From: Pyrodictium abyssi
GTDB lineage: Archaea; Thermoproteota; Thermoprotei_A; Sulfolobales; Pyrodictiaceae
Length of the DNA stretch: 32,000 bases
Direction: 5' to 3'
Assembly (NCBI RefSeq): GCF_036323395.1
Contig: NZ_AP028907.1
Span: 1,500,001-1,532,000, forward strand
This document shows, one piece after another, positions 15,495 through 24,661 of this stretch (the stretch's first letter is position 1; each line of letters opens with the position of its first letter). The notes under the pieces are model-generated. The model saw only the letters and a list, made by a program, of their open reading frames with translations, had not been told where the DNA came from and ran no database searches. Made by a program: the position numbers and the translations under genes.

Positions 15495-17450
15495 TTATTT
15501 GCCTAAAAGCTCGGCGATCTTCTTTTTGGCTATTTCGGCTACGGTTTTCCCGTCCACTTTGCCACGTAGCTTCGGCATTACACGGCCCATAACCTTGCTC
15601 AGAGCCGCGTAGCCGCGCTGACGTATCTCCGCTTCAAGCGCCTTTACAGCCTCGTCTACCATCTTCTCGACTGTCGAGAGATCCACTGTCTGGATTCCTA
15701 GCGCCTTAATGGCCTCGTCAACACTAGTACCTGGGTTCTTGGCAAGATAGGAGAGCAGGTCTGGCACAGCGTCCTTAGCTATCTTACCTTTCGCTACTGC
15801 TGCTATGGCTTCCTCTATCTGGCTGTCATCAAGGTTGTCCACTGGTATACCCTCTCTAGCTAGGCTCCGCAGTATGTTTGTGAACACGGACGCTATGTAT
15901 GACGGGTGTATCTTATCACCGTACTTTGCCGCTAGCTTCTCGAAGAGGTCGAGCCTCACGTCCCTTATTATCTGGCGAGCAAGGTCCTCACTCAGCCCAT
16001 ATCTCTTCTTCAGCTTTTCGAGCTTCTCAGTAGGCTTCTCCGGTACTATCTTGCGGGCCTCCTCTAGTAGTTCCTTGGTAACCTCGAGAGGCGGTATGTC
16101 TGTCTCCGGGTACATGCGTGCAGAGCCCGGCTGCGGTCTCATGAACCTGGTAGTGCCGTCCTCCTTGGCAGCTCTTGTCTCCTTTGGTATGCCTTCTAGA
16201 GCCATACGTGCTCTCTCAATAACGGCCTGTAGTGCCTTGCGGGCCTTATCCTCAGAATCGGCTACAATAACTACGGCGTCGCGGCCCTTGGCAGCGTTGA
16301 CGGCTTTGTAGAGCTGTTCTACCTCTTCGGCGGTTATCCCGTAGCCCGGCAGCTCGTCGGTATGGAATATGCCGCCAACACCGCCCCAGAACCTGGCGTA
16401 GTCAGCTAGCTCTGTTCCAAAGCGTCTACCGGGCTGGACCTCCACGCCTAGTAGCCCGTGGAAGCCGGGTAGCTTTACTGCGAGCACCTTGCCGCCTCTC
16501 TTAACTACTCTCGCTATTATCTTTGACTTGGTGTTCTTGAATACCTCTGTAACGTCTACTATCTCTAGTGATTCCAGCATTTCTTTCCGGACGCCGCGGG
16601 AGAGTAGCTCGTCGCGTATCTCTAGGAGCCTCTTCTGGCGTATAGCTTCATAGAGCACTATTTTGGGGAGAAGGTCTAGCCTCTGGACACCCTTGATCTC
16701 CGTCTTTACACCGCCCTTTATGGACACGTTAAGATCCTGTCTTATGGTGCCTATGCCTCGCTTGACCTTGCCTGTGAGGCGTAGTAGCTGGCCTATAGTC
16801 AGTGCAGCCTCGTAGGCCTCTTCGGGCGTCTCTATGTCTGGTGCGGTGGAGATCTCTATTAGAGGTATACCCAGCCGGTCGAGCATATAGTGGGTGTAGC
16901 GTCCTTCCTCGCCTAGTTTGCGCGCTGCATCCTCCTCTATAGCTATTGTCTGTATTCCTATCTTCTTCCCGCTCTCTAGCTCTATTTCGCCACCAAGCGC
17001 TATAATAGCGGTACGCTGGAAGCCTGTAGTGTTAGAGCCGTCTATGACTATCTTCCTCATAACGTATATCTCGTCTACGGGCGACGAGCCCAGCGCCAGC
17101 GCAACGGCGAGCCCGATCACTACAGCCTCTTTGTTTATCTCGTGAGGCGGCTCTTCGTCGGCCTCTACCAGGCATGCAGCCCTACGAGGGGCGTGATAGT
17201 GATACAGACGGCCTTTGCGCCATTCAAAGAGAGCAGCAATGTCTACCTCGCCAAGCTCGCTGCGTGTCGGGCGTAGCTGCCTCACAAACTCATCTTTAAT
17301 CTCGCTCTCGTCCACTAGTACTGTGGGACAGCTACAGAATAGCTTATGCCTAGTATCTAGCTGTTGGTGTATCTCAAGCCCCGCTTTAAGCCCAAGTTCT
17401 CGGGGATTGTACTTAGATACATCCACCTTAGGCTCGATCAATGTGGCCAC
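15495..17450 (-). CDS. gatE: Glutamyl-tRNA(Gln) amidotransferase subunit E
   Basis: GLKAGLEIHQQL, HKLFCSCP, ACLVEADEEPPH, IPLIEISTAPD, and a C-terminal YqeY-like tail. GTG start. It overlaps gatD by 13 nt. Confidence 0.96.
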   Translation of the reverse strand: MATLIEPKVDVSKYNPRELGLKAGLEIHQQLDTRHKLFCSCPTVLVDESEIKDEFVRQLRPTRSELGEVDIAALFEWRKGRLYHYHAPRRAACLVEADEEPPHEINKEAVVIGLAVALALGSSPVDEIYVMRKIVIDGSNTTGFQRTAIIALGGEIELESGKKIGIQTIAIEEDAARKLGEEGRYTHYMLDRLGIPLIEISTAPDIETPEEAYEAALTIGQLLRLTGKVKRGIGTIRQDLNVSIKGGVKTEIKGVQRLDLLPKIVLYEAIRQKRLLEIRDELLSRGVRKEMLESLEIVDVTEVFKNTKSKIIARVVKRGGKVLAVKLPGFHGLLGVEVQPGRRFGTELADYARFWGGVGGIFHTDELPGYGITAEEVEQLYKAVNAAKGRDAVVIVADSEDKARKALQAVIERARMALEGIPKETRAAKEDGTTRFMRPQPGSARMYPETDIPPLEVTKELLEEARKIVPEKPTEKLEKLKKRYGLSEDLARQIIRDVRLDLFEKLAAKYGDKIHPSYIASVFTNILRSLAREGIPVDNLDDSQIEEAIAAVAKGKIAKDAVPDLLSYLAKNPGTSVDEAIKALGIQTVDLSTVEKMVDEAVKALEAEIRQRGYAALSKVMGRVMPKLRGKVDGKTVAEIAKKKIAELLGK

Positions 17451-18811
17451 CTCGGGTACAGGTCTACAGTATGTCTAGACGTAATCTCGCCGGCAAGATT
17501 CATTGCGAATAGGCGTCTCGCCTCGCCGGGGTCGCTTGTGCGAGCTAGTATCCACGAGAGCTTCACGAATGCTACCTCAGGGAGCATGTCCTCTGCGGGT
17601 ATGACTCCTGCCTGGAGCAGCTTCCGGCCAGTAGTGTAGACATTCATGTTTACTCTCCCGAAGAGCGTCTGCGACGTCATAACCACAGTGACTCCGGCTT
17701 CTACAGCGCGCCTAATGCTCTCAACGAGCCACTCACCTACATGGCCTAGCCCTGTCCCCTCTAGGACTATGCCCCGGTAGCCCCTATCCACTAGGAAGTC
17801 TATGATCTCGGGCTCCATTCCTGGATAGTACTTCACAAGCGCTACCTTCTCTTCGAAGCCGTTGGCTACTTCAAGCTCTTCTGCTCCACGGCTGCGTAGA
17901 GGCTCGTCTATGAGCTCTATTCTACGTTCGAATGGGTAGATCTTTGCTAGAGGCCTGCCGTTTATGGTCTGGAATGCGTCGCGGCGGCTTGTATGCATCT
18001 TTCTTACACGTGTAGCCCGGTGAGCGAGAGCATACGTATCGCCAGTCTCGCCGTGCATAACTACCACTACTTCAGCGAAGGGGGCCTTTGCGGCGACTAG
18101 TGTAGCGGCGATGAGATTGAAGGCGGCGTCGCTGCTGGGCCTATCGCTACTCCTCTGTGCACCAACGAATGCTATGGGTACCGGGAGTTTGCGGAACGCA
18201 AATGCTAGGGCAGAGGCGGTATAAGCCATGGTATCTGTTCCATGGGCTACTATGACGCCGTCAGCACCCTCCTCTATAGCCTTGGCTACCTCGTCAACTA
18301 TCTTCTCCCATAGGCGTGGCCTCATGTTCTCGCTTAGGATGTTCATTACCACTCTAGCCGAGATGTCGGCTATGAAGCCGACCTCTGGTACAGCTTCCAG
18401 GATCTCTTCGGCCGAGAATGCTGGCCTCACAGCACCGGTCTCATACTCGACCTTGCTAGCGATAGTGCCTCCAGTACCGAGTATCGTTATCCTCGGCCTC
18501 CTCTCCTCGGGCGGGGTCTCCTCGAGTAGCGGTATAGCTGCAGGCGCGCCTGCAGCAGCTTCCTTAAGTATTGTTTCTCGGGTCTTTACTACCTCAACTA
18601 CGGTCTTCTCGTCAACACGCAGCCCAACATTATACCCGTTGTCGAGCTTGACAACTATGATAGGCTTAGCCGAAAGAGCGTACCTAGGCATCAGTATGCC
18701 CTCGAAGACCCGGCCATCGCTCCTTGTAATGCGGATACGGTCGCCGGGCTTGGCGCCAGCTCTCTTAAGCAGTTCGAGAGCTACCCCAGTATAGCCAGCC
18801 GCCTCGTCCAA
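17438..18811 (-). CDS. gatD: Glutamyl-tRNA(Gln) amidotransferase subunit D
   Basis: Asparaginase-like core (ILGTGGTIAS, VIVAHGTDTMAYTASAL, HTSRRDAF, GIVLEGTGLGH). TTG start at 18811. Confidence 0.96.
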   Translation of the reverse strand: MDEAAGYTGVALELLKRAGAKPGDRIRITRSDGRVFEGILMPRYALSAKPIIVVKLDNGYNVGLRVDEKTVVEVVKTRETILKEAAAGAPAAIPLLEETPPEERRPRITILGTGGTIASKVEYETGAVRPAFSAEEILEAVPEVGFIADISARVVMNILSENMRPRLWEKIVDEVAKAIEEGADGVIVAHGTDTMAYTASALAFAFRKLPVPIAFVGAQRSSDRPSSDAAFNLIAATLVAAKAPFAEVVVVMHGETGDTYALAHRATRVRKMHTSRRDAFQTINGRPLAKIYPFERRIELIDEPLRSRGAEELEVANGFEEKVALVKYYPGMEPEIIDFLVDRGYRGIVLEGTGLGHVGEWLVESIRRAVEAGVTVVMTSQTLFGRVNMNVYTTGRKLLQAGVIPAEDMLPEVAFVKLSWILARTSDPGEARRLFAMNLAGEITSRHTVDLYPRWPH

Positions 18812-18853
18812 CGCTTTAGCCCAAGTAGCTAGAGCTGCACGGGGGGATAAAGC

Positions 18854-18863
18854 CTATATAAGG
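18854..18863. promoter_or_regulatory. Shared palindromic TATA element (CTATATAAGG) between divergent gatD and rps30e
   Basis: It lies about 40 nt upstream of the rps30e ATG (18898) and about 47 nt upstream of the gatD TTG (18811). Confidence 0.5.
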
Positions 18864-18897
18864 ACTAAAAGCCGCCACCCCTCTACGGGGACCGGCT

Positions 18898-19056
18898 ATG
18901 CCAAGCCACGGCTCGCTTACAAAGGCGGGTAAGGTAAGAAAGCAGACACCCCGTATACCAGCAAAGCCCAGGAAGAACCCAGCCCCGCGCATGCGCAACA
19001 GGAAGGAGTACAAGCGCTTCCTAGTCAAGATGCAGCAGGGCCAGCTCCGCCGCTAG
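18898..19056 (+). CDS. rps30e: 30S ribosomal protein S30e (eS30)
   Basis: 52-codon ORF below the ORF-track length cut-off. [52 protein letters not shown] carries the [13 protein letters not shown] signature of S30e. TAG stop at 19054-19056. Confidence 0.9.
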   Translation: MPSHGSLTKAGKVRKQTPRIPAKPRKNPAPRMRNRKEYKRFLVKMQQGQLRR

Positions 19057-19118
19057 CCACCAGTACAGCCCTATACATGAGGCTTAGGGTCAGAGCCCCT
19101 ATACGCGGTTAGAGAACG

Positions 19119-19123
19119 TTTTT
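19119..19123 (+). terminator. Oligo-T tract downstream of rps30e
   Basis: TTTTT lies about 60 nt after the stop. Confidence 0.35.
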
Positions 19124-19176
19124 AGACTCTCGTGGGCTGGCAGCCCGTGGGCTCCTAGGGACTGCTTCTATGCTTT

Positions 19177-19395
19177 CTATGTTCGAGTGACTGCTCCCAG
19201 TGCACGACTCTCCTCTAAAAGCTTACTGTAAGCAGATAGAAGCTTCACAACCTCGATGTAGAGTCCGGGTAGCCCGCTATACACCATAGCGAGGGCTATG
19301 CGTGGAGGTACATCTAGGTACGAGAAGAACGCCGCTAATCTTCTACACAGTAGTGCATTGTTATTGTCTCTGCAGAACGGAGCGGGAGCTGTCAC
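19177..19395 (-). CDS. Possible small hypothetical protein (72 aa, GTG start)
   Basis: The C-terminal half looks helical and protein-like (LYIEVVKLLSAYSKLLEESRALGAV). However, it has a GTG start, no recognised homology, and an embedded strong hairpin at 19270-19297. Confidence 0.25.
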   Translation of the reverse strand: MTAPAPFCRDNNNALLCRRLAAFFSYLDVPPRIALAMVYSGLPGLYIEVVKLLSAYSKLLEESRALGAVTRT

Positions 19396-19437
19396 TGTAA
19401 AAATACCTTTATGTTATCCTGCAGGGTAGCTACCGGG

Positions 19438-19737
19438 TTACTCCTCCTTCTTCTCGAGGACTATCTCGATGGTGCTAACCCTGCTCTGGCGGCCGTCGGG
19501 GCTCTGTATGACCTGGCTGTCGATCTTTATCTCCTTTATGTCGACCTTGCCGGGTAGGAACCTCTTCCTCACTATCTCGACTGTGTCAACAGCCTTGCTT
19601 ATAGCGCGGCCCCTAGCCTTGATGACTACCTCCTTGACGCCCTGGTTTAGCAGGGTTAGGGTCGCTAGTACGTAGTTCATTACGGGCTTCTTACCTACTA
19701 GGACAACATTGCTTGGAGCTGCACTGGCCTGCGCCAT
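19438..19737 (-). CDS. albA: DNA/RNA-binding protein Alba
   Basis: [54 protein letters not shown] is the Alba core. The ATG at 19737 gives a 99 aa protein and is preferred over the GTG at 19785. A T5 run lies 35 nt after the stop. Confidence 0.93.
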   Translation of the reverse strand: MAQASAAPSNVVLVGKKPVMNYVLATLTLLNQGVKEVVIKARGRAISKAVDTVEIVRKRFLPGKVDIKEIKIDSQVIQSPDGRQSRVSTIEIVLEKKEE

Positions 19738-19958
19738 CGCGGACTCCCTCCCTCGCGTCTTGGTCGGGTAGCCACGGACTAGCACTCTGTTATTTAGGCT
19801 TTACTCTTATCCCGCATAATATAGAGGTTATGGGCGCTGGTGGAGCCTGGCGAGCTATAGCCGGGTGTTACTAGGCCTCTCTCCTCTAAGCTCATCGCCC
19901 AGCTTTAGATGCTAAGCATAACCTAGCGGGTAGCTGGCTCTAGGAGGTAGCAAGCAGC

Positions 19959-22900
19959 ATGACATGGACGCTGCTGAGGCCAGTGTACCACGAAGCCTGC
20001 CCTAACTGTGGCGGGGCAGCGACAGCGGATAGACTAGCAAGGGGGCTACCGTGCTCGAGATGTATAAGCGATGATGCTGTGGATAGGCTTCCGCGAGACT
20101 ACTACGACCTTGTAGAGTCTATCGGGAAAGAGCTAAGCGAGAAGGGAGTGCTGCGTGGCTACTGGTACCTGTACAACTCGGTAATGATGCTGAGAGAGTT
20201 TGAGGACTTCTTCCGAAGGCTGACCGGGAGTAAGCTATGGAGCGCTCAGAGAACTTGGGCTAAAAGGCTCCTACAGGACGAGAGCCTAGCAATAGTGGCG
20301 CCAACAGGTGTAGGCAAGACCACGCTCCTAAGCGTCTACGCTCTCTACCGCGCAAACTTCGGCGCACGGGTCTACTATCTCCTCCCAACAGAGAACCTAG
20401 CCATGCAGGTTGAGACTAAGCTAAGAAGTCTCGCAGAGAAAGGCGGCATAGCTGCAAGGATAGTATCCTACTACTCTAGCATGTCTAAGAAATGGCGCGA
20501 AGAAAGCCTCTCACTAATAGAGACGGGCAGCTATGATGTACTCGTGACTACAACTGGCTTCCTCTCCCGCCGCTGGGACTTACTGAGAAATGCACGCTTC
20601 GATGTAGTACTTGTAGACGATGTAGACGCCATACTGAGGAACTCCAGGAACATAGATAAACTGTTAATGCTCCTAGGCTTCGACGAAGAAGCTGTAGCTA
20701 CCGCATACAGTCTCATCAAGAAGAAGATAGCCGCATCCATAGCCCGTGTCTCTGGCCGCATAAAACGCTATGAACAACTCCTCCACGAGATCGAGGAACT
20801 CGAGACTAGGCTATCACTCAAGCTTCTCGAGAGAACCCCCGGCCAGCTGGTAATAGCCTCAGCTACCGGAAGGGCTTATGGGCTCAAACCCAAGTTATTC
20901 CGCGAGCTCCTTGGCTTTGATATAGGCCGTGTCTACGACTACACCAGAAGCATAGCAAACTTCTACCAGATAGACACAGACCCGGCCAGGAAAGCCGTAG
21001 ACGTAGTAAAGAGGCTTGGACCCGGCGGGCTAGTATTCGTAGCAAAGAGGTTCGGTAAGGATATCGCCAAGAAAGTGGCTGAAGAGCTAAACAAGACAGG
21101 CATCAGGGCAGGCCTAGCTCTTGCAGGCCGTAGGGTGCTGGATAGGTTCGCAGCAGGAGAATACGATGTCCTAGTAGGTGTGTCGTCCTACTACGGCGTC
21201 ATAGTACGTGGTATAGATATGCCACAGCGGATACTCTACACAGTCTTCGTCGGCGTGCCAAGCCAGTCGATGAGTGTAGACAAGGCCCTGCTGTCGCCCT
21301 TCCGTATAGTTAGGGCTGGTATCGAACTCGGTATCGAGGGCGGCGAGGAGCTTGCAAGAAAGCTCTCAAAGATAAGCCCCGGTGAGCAGACAGCTCTCCG
21401 CATAGCCCTATCATCGGGCGAACAGCTGGAAGGCAGGCTGGGCGAGCTCCTCCTAGAGCTACTAGAAGTGCGTAGAACAGTGCTAAAGAAGCTACATGAC
21501 ATACTAAAGCCTGGCTCGTCAATAGTGCTTGGCGGTGTACTCTACAAGCACGACGGGGCAGGGATAGTAGCTATTACCCCTGATGCCGCGACATACGTGC
21601 AAGCTAGTGGCCGCGCCAGCCGTATGCTAGGCTCTATAATGACCCACGGTGTAAGCATAGTACTAGAGAGTGAAGAAGAGCTCGTCCAGCTGCTCAGCCA
21701 GAGGCTGCGTAGGTATCTAGAATCGGTGGAGTTTAGCAAGCTGGACTGGAGCAGAGTAGACGAGGAGCTAGAGAAGGCGCGCACAAGTAGAAGCAAGCGT
21801 ATAGGCCGTAAGGTAGACATAGAAACGTGCCTCATAGTAGTAGAGTCGCCAACCAAGGCAAAGACTATAGCAAGCTTCTTCGGGAAGCCTGTGCGGAGGC
21901 GCGTAGGCTCTATAATGGTGTACGAGACAACATTCTATAACCACGTCTCCGGCAAGATACACGTAGCAGCCATAACAGCCTCGGCGGGCCATCTATACGA
22001 CCTCTCCATAGACGGTGAAGGCCTGCACGGCGTGGAGATAGAGAACGGGGAGGTAAGGCCTATCTACAAGCCTATAAAGCGCTGCTTGAACTGTGGGCAC
22101 CAATTCTCCTCCTCAAGTAGCGTGTGCCCGTGGTGTGGCTCCACCAACATAGTGAGCAAGCATGATATTGTAGAAGCACTACGCCAGCTAGCAAGCGAGG
22201 CAGAAGTAGTGTACATAGCGACGGACCCCGACGTCGAGGGAGAAAAGATAGCATACGACATCAAGCTGCTGTTGAAGCCGTACTCACGCAGTATAAAGAG
22301 AATAGAGCTCCACGAGATAACGAGAAACGAGCTAATGAAAGCCCTGGCGTCGCCTCGCGACGTGGACACCCGTCTGGCTTCAGCGCAGATAGTCAGGAGG
22401 ATAGAGGACCGGTGGATAGGCTTCGGGCTAAGCCAGCACCTATGGGACGTCTTCGGGAAACACTGGCTAGGCGCGGGCAGAGTACAGACACCAGTACTAG
22501 GCTGGATAATAGAACGCTACGAAGAGTGGAAAGCAAACATAGGGTACAACGTCTACGTGAAGATAGTTGACGGGCCTCTGCTGAAGCTCCACTACACGGA
22601 GCCGCATCTTGCACGCAGTATAGCCGAAAAGATAGAGCAGAATGGACTACGAGTACTACATGTAGAAGAGACTATAGTGGAGGTAAACCCGCCACCGCCA
22701 TACACGACAGAGGCCCTCATCTACGACGCTTCGCGCTTCATGGGCTACCCAGCACAGAAAACCATGAGGGTTGCACAGGAGCTCTTCGAAGCAGGCCTGA
22801 TAACGTACCACCGTACAGACTCGACACACGTATCGGGACTCGGGCAGAGCATAGCAAGAGAATACATGGCTAACATAGGACGCCCGGACGACTTCCAGCC

Positions 22901-23648
22901 CCGTAGCTGGGGGCCGCAGGGCCACCACGAAGCAATTAGACCTACAAGACCGATAGACAGCGAAACCCTCAGAAAGCTCATAGCCCTCGGCGAGCTACGA
23001 GTGCCAGTCACCATGCGCGAGAGCCACTACCGGCTCTATGAACTGATATTCCGCAGGTTCATAGCAAGCCAGGCGCGGCCAGCAAGACTGCTACGCCGGC
23101 GCCTAGTACTAGGGCTTGACGAGTCCGAGCCGCTAGCCGAGCTAGAGGTCTACGTTGCTGCTCCAGAGGAGGGGTTCCACCGCTACTACCCGGTACCCCG
23201 CCTATACCCAACGCTAGCAGCGCTACGCAGAGGCGACGCGGTAGGGGTCGGCAGGGTAGCGGTGAAACGCGGATCCACTGTATACCTGTACAGTCACGGA
23301 GACGTGGTAGCACTGATGAAGAAGCGTGGCCTAGGCCGCCCGAGCACCTATGCTAAGATAATAGAGGCGCTAAACCGCCACGGCTATGTAATAGAGAGCA
23401 AGTACAGGAAGAGGCTAGTACCAACCAAGCTAGGCATAGAGGTATACGAATACCTTGAGGCAAACTACGGTGAACTCGTATCTGAGGAGCGTACACGGAA
23501 ACTAAATGAGGAGATAGAGGCAATAGCCTCTGGGAAACTAAGCCCACTGACAGTGATAAACGAGCTATACACTGAGCTGGAGCACTTGCTAGAGAGGCCG
23601 CTCGCAGTAAAACGTGTGGAGAAGATACATGGCAGCCATCATGCCTAG
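19959..23648 (+). CDS. rgy: Reverse gyrase
   Basis: 1229 aa. It has an N-terminal zinc finger (CPNCGG..CSRC) and an SF2 helicase-like domain (APTGVGKT, DDVD). The type IA topoisomerase domain follows (IVVESPTKAKTI, DPDVEGEKIAYD, LITYHRTDSTH), with an inserted zinc ribbon (CLNCGH..CPWCG). Confidence 0.98.
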   Translation: MTWTLLRPVYHEACPNCGGAATADRLARGLPCSRCISDDAVDRLPRDYYDLVESIGKELSEKGVLRGYWYLYNSVMMLREFEDFFRRLTGSKLWSAQRTWAKRLLQDESLAIVAPTGVGKTTLLSVYALYRANFGARVYYLLPTENLAMQVETKLRSLAEKGGIAARIVSYYSSMSKKWREESLSLIETGSYDVLVTTTGFLSRRWDLLRNARFDVVLVDDVDAILRNSRNIDKLLMLLGFDEEAVATAYSLIKKKIAASIARVSGRIKRYEQLLHEIEELETRLSLKLLERTPGQLVIASATGRAYGLKPKLFRELLGFDIGRVYDYTRSIANFYQIDTDPARKAVDVVKRLGPGGLVFVAKRFGKDIAKKVAEELNKTGIRAGLALAGRRVLDRFAAGEYDVLVGVSSYYGVIVRGIDMPQRILYTVFVGVPSQSMSVDKALLSPFRIVRAGIELGIEGGEELARKLSKISPGEQTALRIALSSGEQLEGRLGELLLELLEVRRTVLKKLHDILKPGSSIVLGGVLYKHDGAGIVAITPDAATYVQASGRASRMLGSIMTHGVSIVLESEEELVQLLSQRLRRYLESVEFSKLDWSRVDEELEKARTSRSKRIGRKVDIETCLIVVESPTKAKTIASFFGKPVRRRVGSIMVYETTFYNHVSGKIHVAAITASAGHLYDLSIDGEGLHGVEIENGEVRPIYKPIKRCLNCGHQFSSSSSVCPWCGSTNIVSKHDIVEALRQLASEAEVVYIATDPDVEGEKIAYDIKLLLKPYSRSIKRIELHEITRNELMKALASPRDVDTRLASAQIVRRIEDRWIGFGLSQHLWDVFGKHWLGAGRVQTPVLGWIIERYEEWKANIGYNVYVKIVDGPLLKLHYTEPHLARSIAEKIEQNGLRVLHVEETIVEVNPPPPYTTEALIYDASRFMGYPAQKTMRVAQELFEAGLITYHRTDSTHVSGLGQSIAREYMANIGRPDDFQPRSWGPQGHHEAIRPTRPIDSETLRKLIALGELRVPVTMRESHYRLYELIFRRFIASQARPARLLRRRLVLGLDESEPLAELEVYVAAPEEGFHRYYPVPRLYPTLAALRRGDAVGVGRVAVKRGSTVYLYSHGDVVALMKKRGLGRPSTYAKIIEALNRHGYVIESKYRKRLVPTKLGIEVYEYLEANYGELVSEERTRKLNEEIEAIASGKLSPLTVINELYTELEHLLERPLAVKRVEKIHGSHHA

Positions 23649-24484
23649 GCGGCGTCTCTCCGGAACTTCCAGACAGTCTCACGAGGGTCCGGCGCTGGCG
23701 GCATCTTTCTCTTATGCTCACTAGCCCGGTGCATCTCGAGAACTTTCTCTATCTTCTCCCTGGGCAGCCCCGTAGCCTCCGCTGCCTCGTCGACACTCAG
23801 CCCCAGATCGAATAATGCATAGAGGGCCAAGTCTACCTCGTCGTACTTCATGCCTAGCTCGTCCTCGGCTAGATGGCCAGGCCATAGGCGCGGGCTGCTA
23901 GGCTTCAACGCTATACTCTCGGGCACACCGAGGTACAGAGCCAGCCTCCTTACCTGCGACTTGTACAGAGAGCCTATGGGTAGAAAGTCTACAGCACCGT
24001 CACCGTACTTGGTGAAATAGCCGATGAGTATCTCGCTCCGGTCACCCGTGCCAGCTACCAGCAAACCGTGCATGTTTGCATGCAAGTAGAGTAGTGCCAT
24101 ACGTATACGCGCTCTAAGATTGCCCAGGCTCCTCCTATCAGGATCAGCCGCTATCCCTGCGACGAAGCTCCTCACAATGGGCTTTATGTCGATGAGCTTA
24201 TACTCCACGCCAAGCATCTCCACGAGCCTCTTTGCGTCCTCGACGTCACTGGCAGGGGTGACATCGCTATCAGGCATTATAAGAGCCAGCACCCGGTCGG
24301 GGCCGAGCGCTCTCACAGAGAGCGCAAGCGTCGTAGCCGAGTCAACACCACCACTAACACCAACCACGACACCCCTAGCGCCAGCGCTCTCGACGACACT
24401 CTGTATGAACGACTCCAGTGCTGCTGCTACACCGCTATAGTCTAGGCTCACCACTTCTTCGAGAGTTACACGCCCCCGGCCCAT
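23645..24484 (-). CDS. nadE: NH3-dependent NAD+ synthetase
   Basis: VVGVSGGVDSATTLAL (PP-loop), GTGDRSEILIGYFTKYGDG, and SPRLWPGHLAEDELG. Similarity begins near M51 of the track ORF (MGRGRVTLEE), so the ATG at 24484 is used. It overlaps the rgy stop by 4 nt. Confidence 0.9.
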   Translation of the reverse strand: MGRGRVTLEEVVSLDYSGVAAALESFIQSVVESAGARGVVVGVSGGVDSATTLALSVRALGPDRVLALIMPDSDVTPASDVEDAKRLVEMLGVEYKLIDIKPIVRSFVAGIAADPDRRSLGNLRARIRMALLYLHANMHGLLVAGTGDRSEILIGYFTKYGDGAVDFLPIGSLYKSQVRRLALYLGVPESIALKPSSPRLWPGHLAEDELGMKYDEVDLALYALFDLGLSVDEAAEATGLPREKIEKVLEMHRASEHKRKMPPAPDPRETVWKFRRDAA

Positions 24485-24661
24485 GATACCGGCCTCTGCC
24501 CACCAGCTTCCAGGATGCTGTGCTAGTGTGCAAGGCTTTACGCAAAACGTTGCTAAGCAGTAGCCCACACAGCGGGGAAGGAGGCTTGCAAGGTAAGGGG
24601 ACGCGTGCCGGACAGACCAGGTATATCTCGGCATGGAGGTAGCAGCTAGTAGGGGAGCCTA

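Noticed and set aside
17925-17945. tRNA T-loop-like GTTCGAATGGG.
   Set aside because: It lies inside the well-supported gatD coding frame, and no acceptor, D or anticodon arms can be built around it. No other T-loop consensus was seen in any intergenic region.
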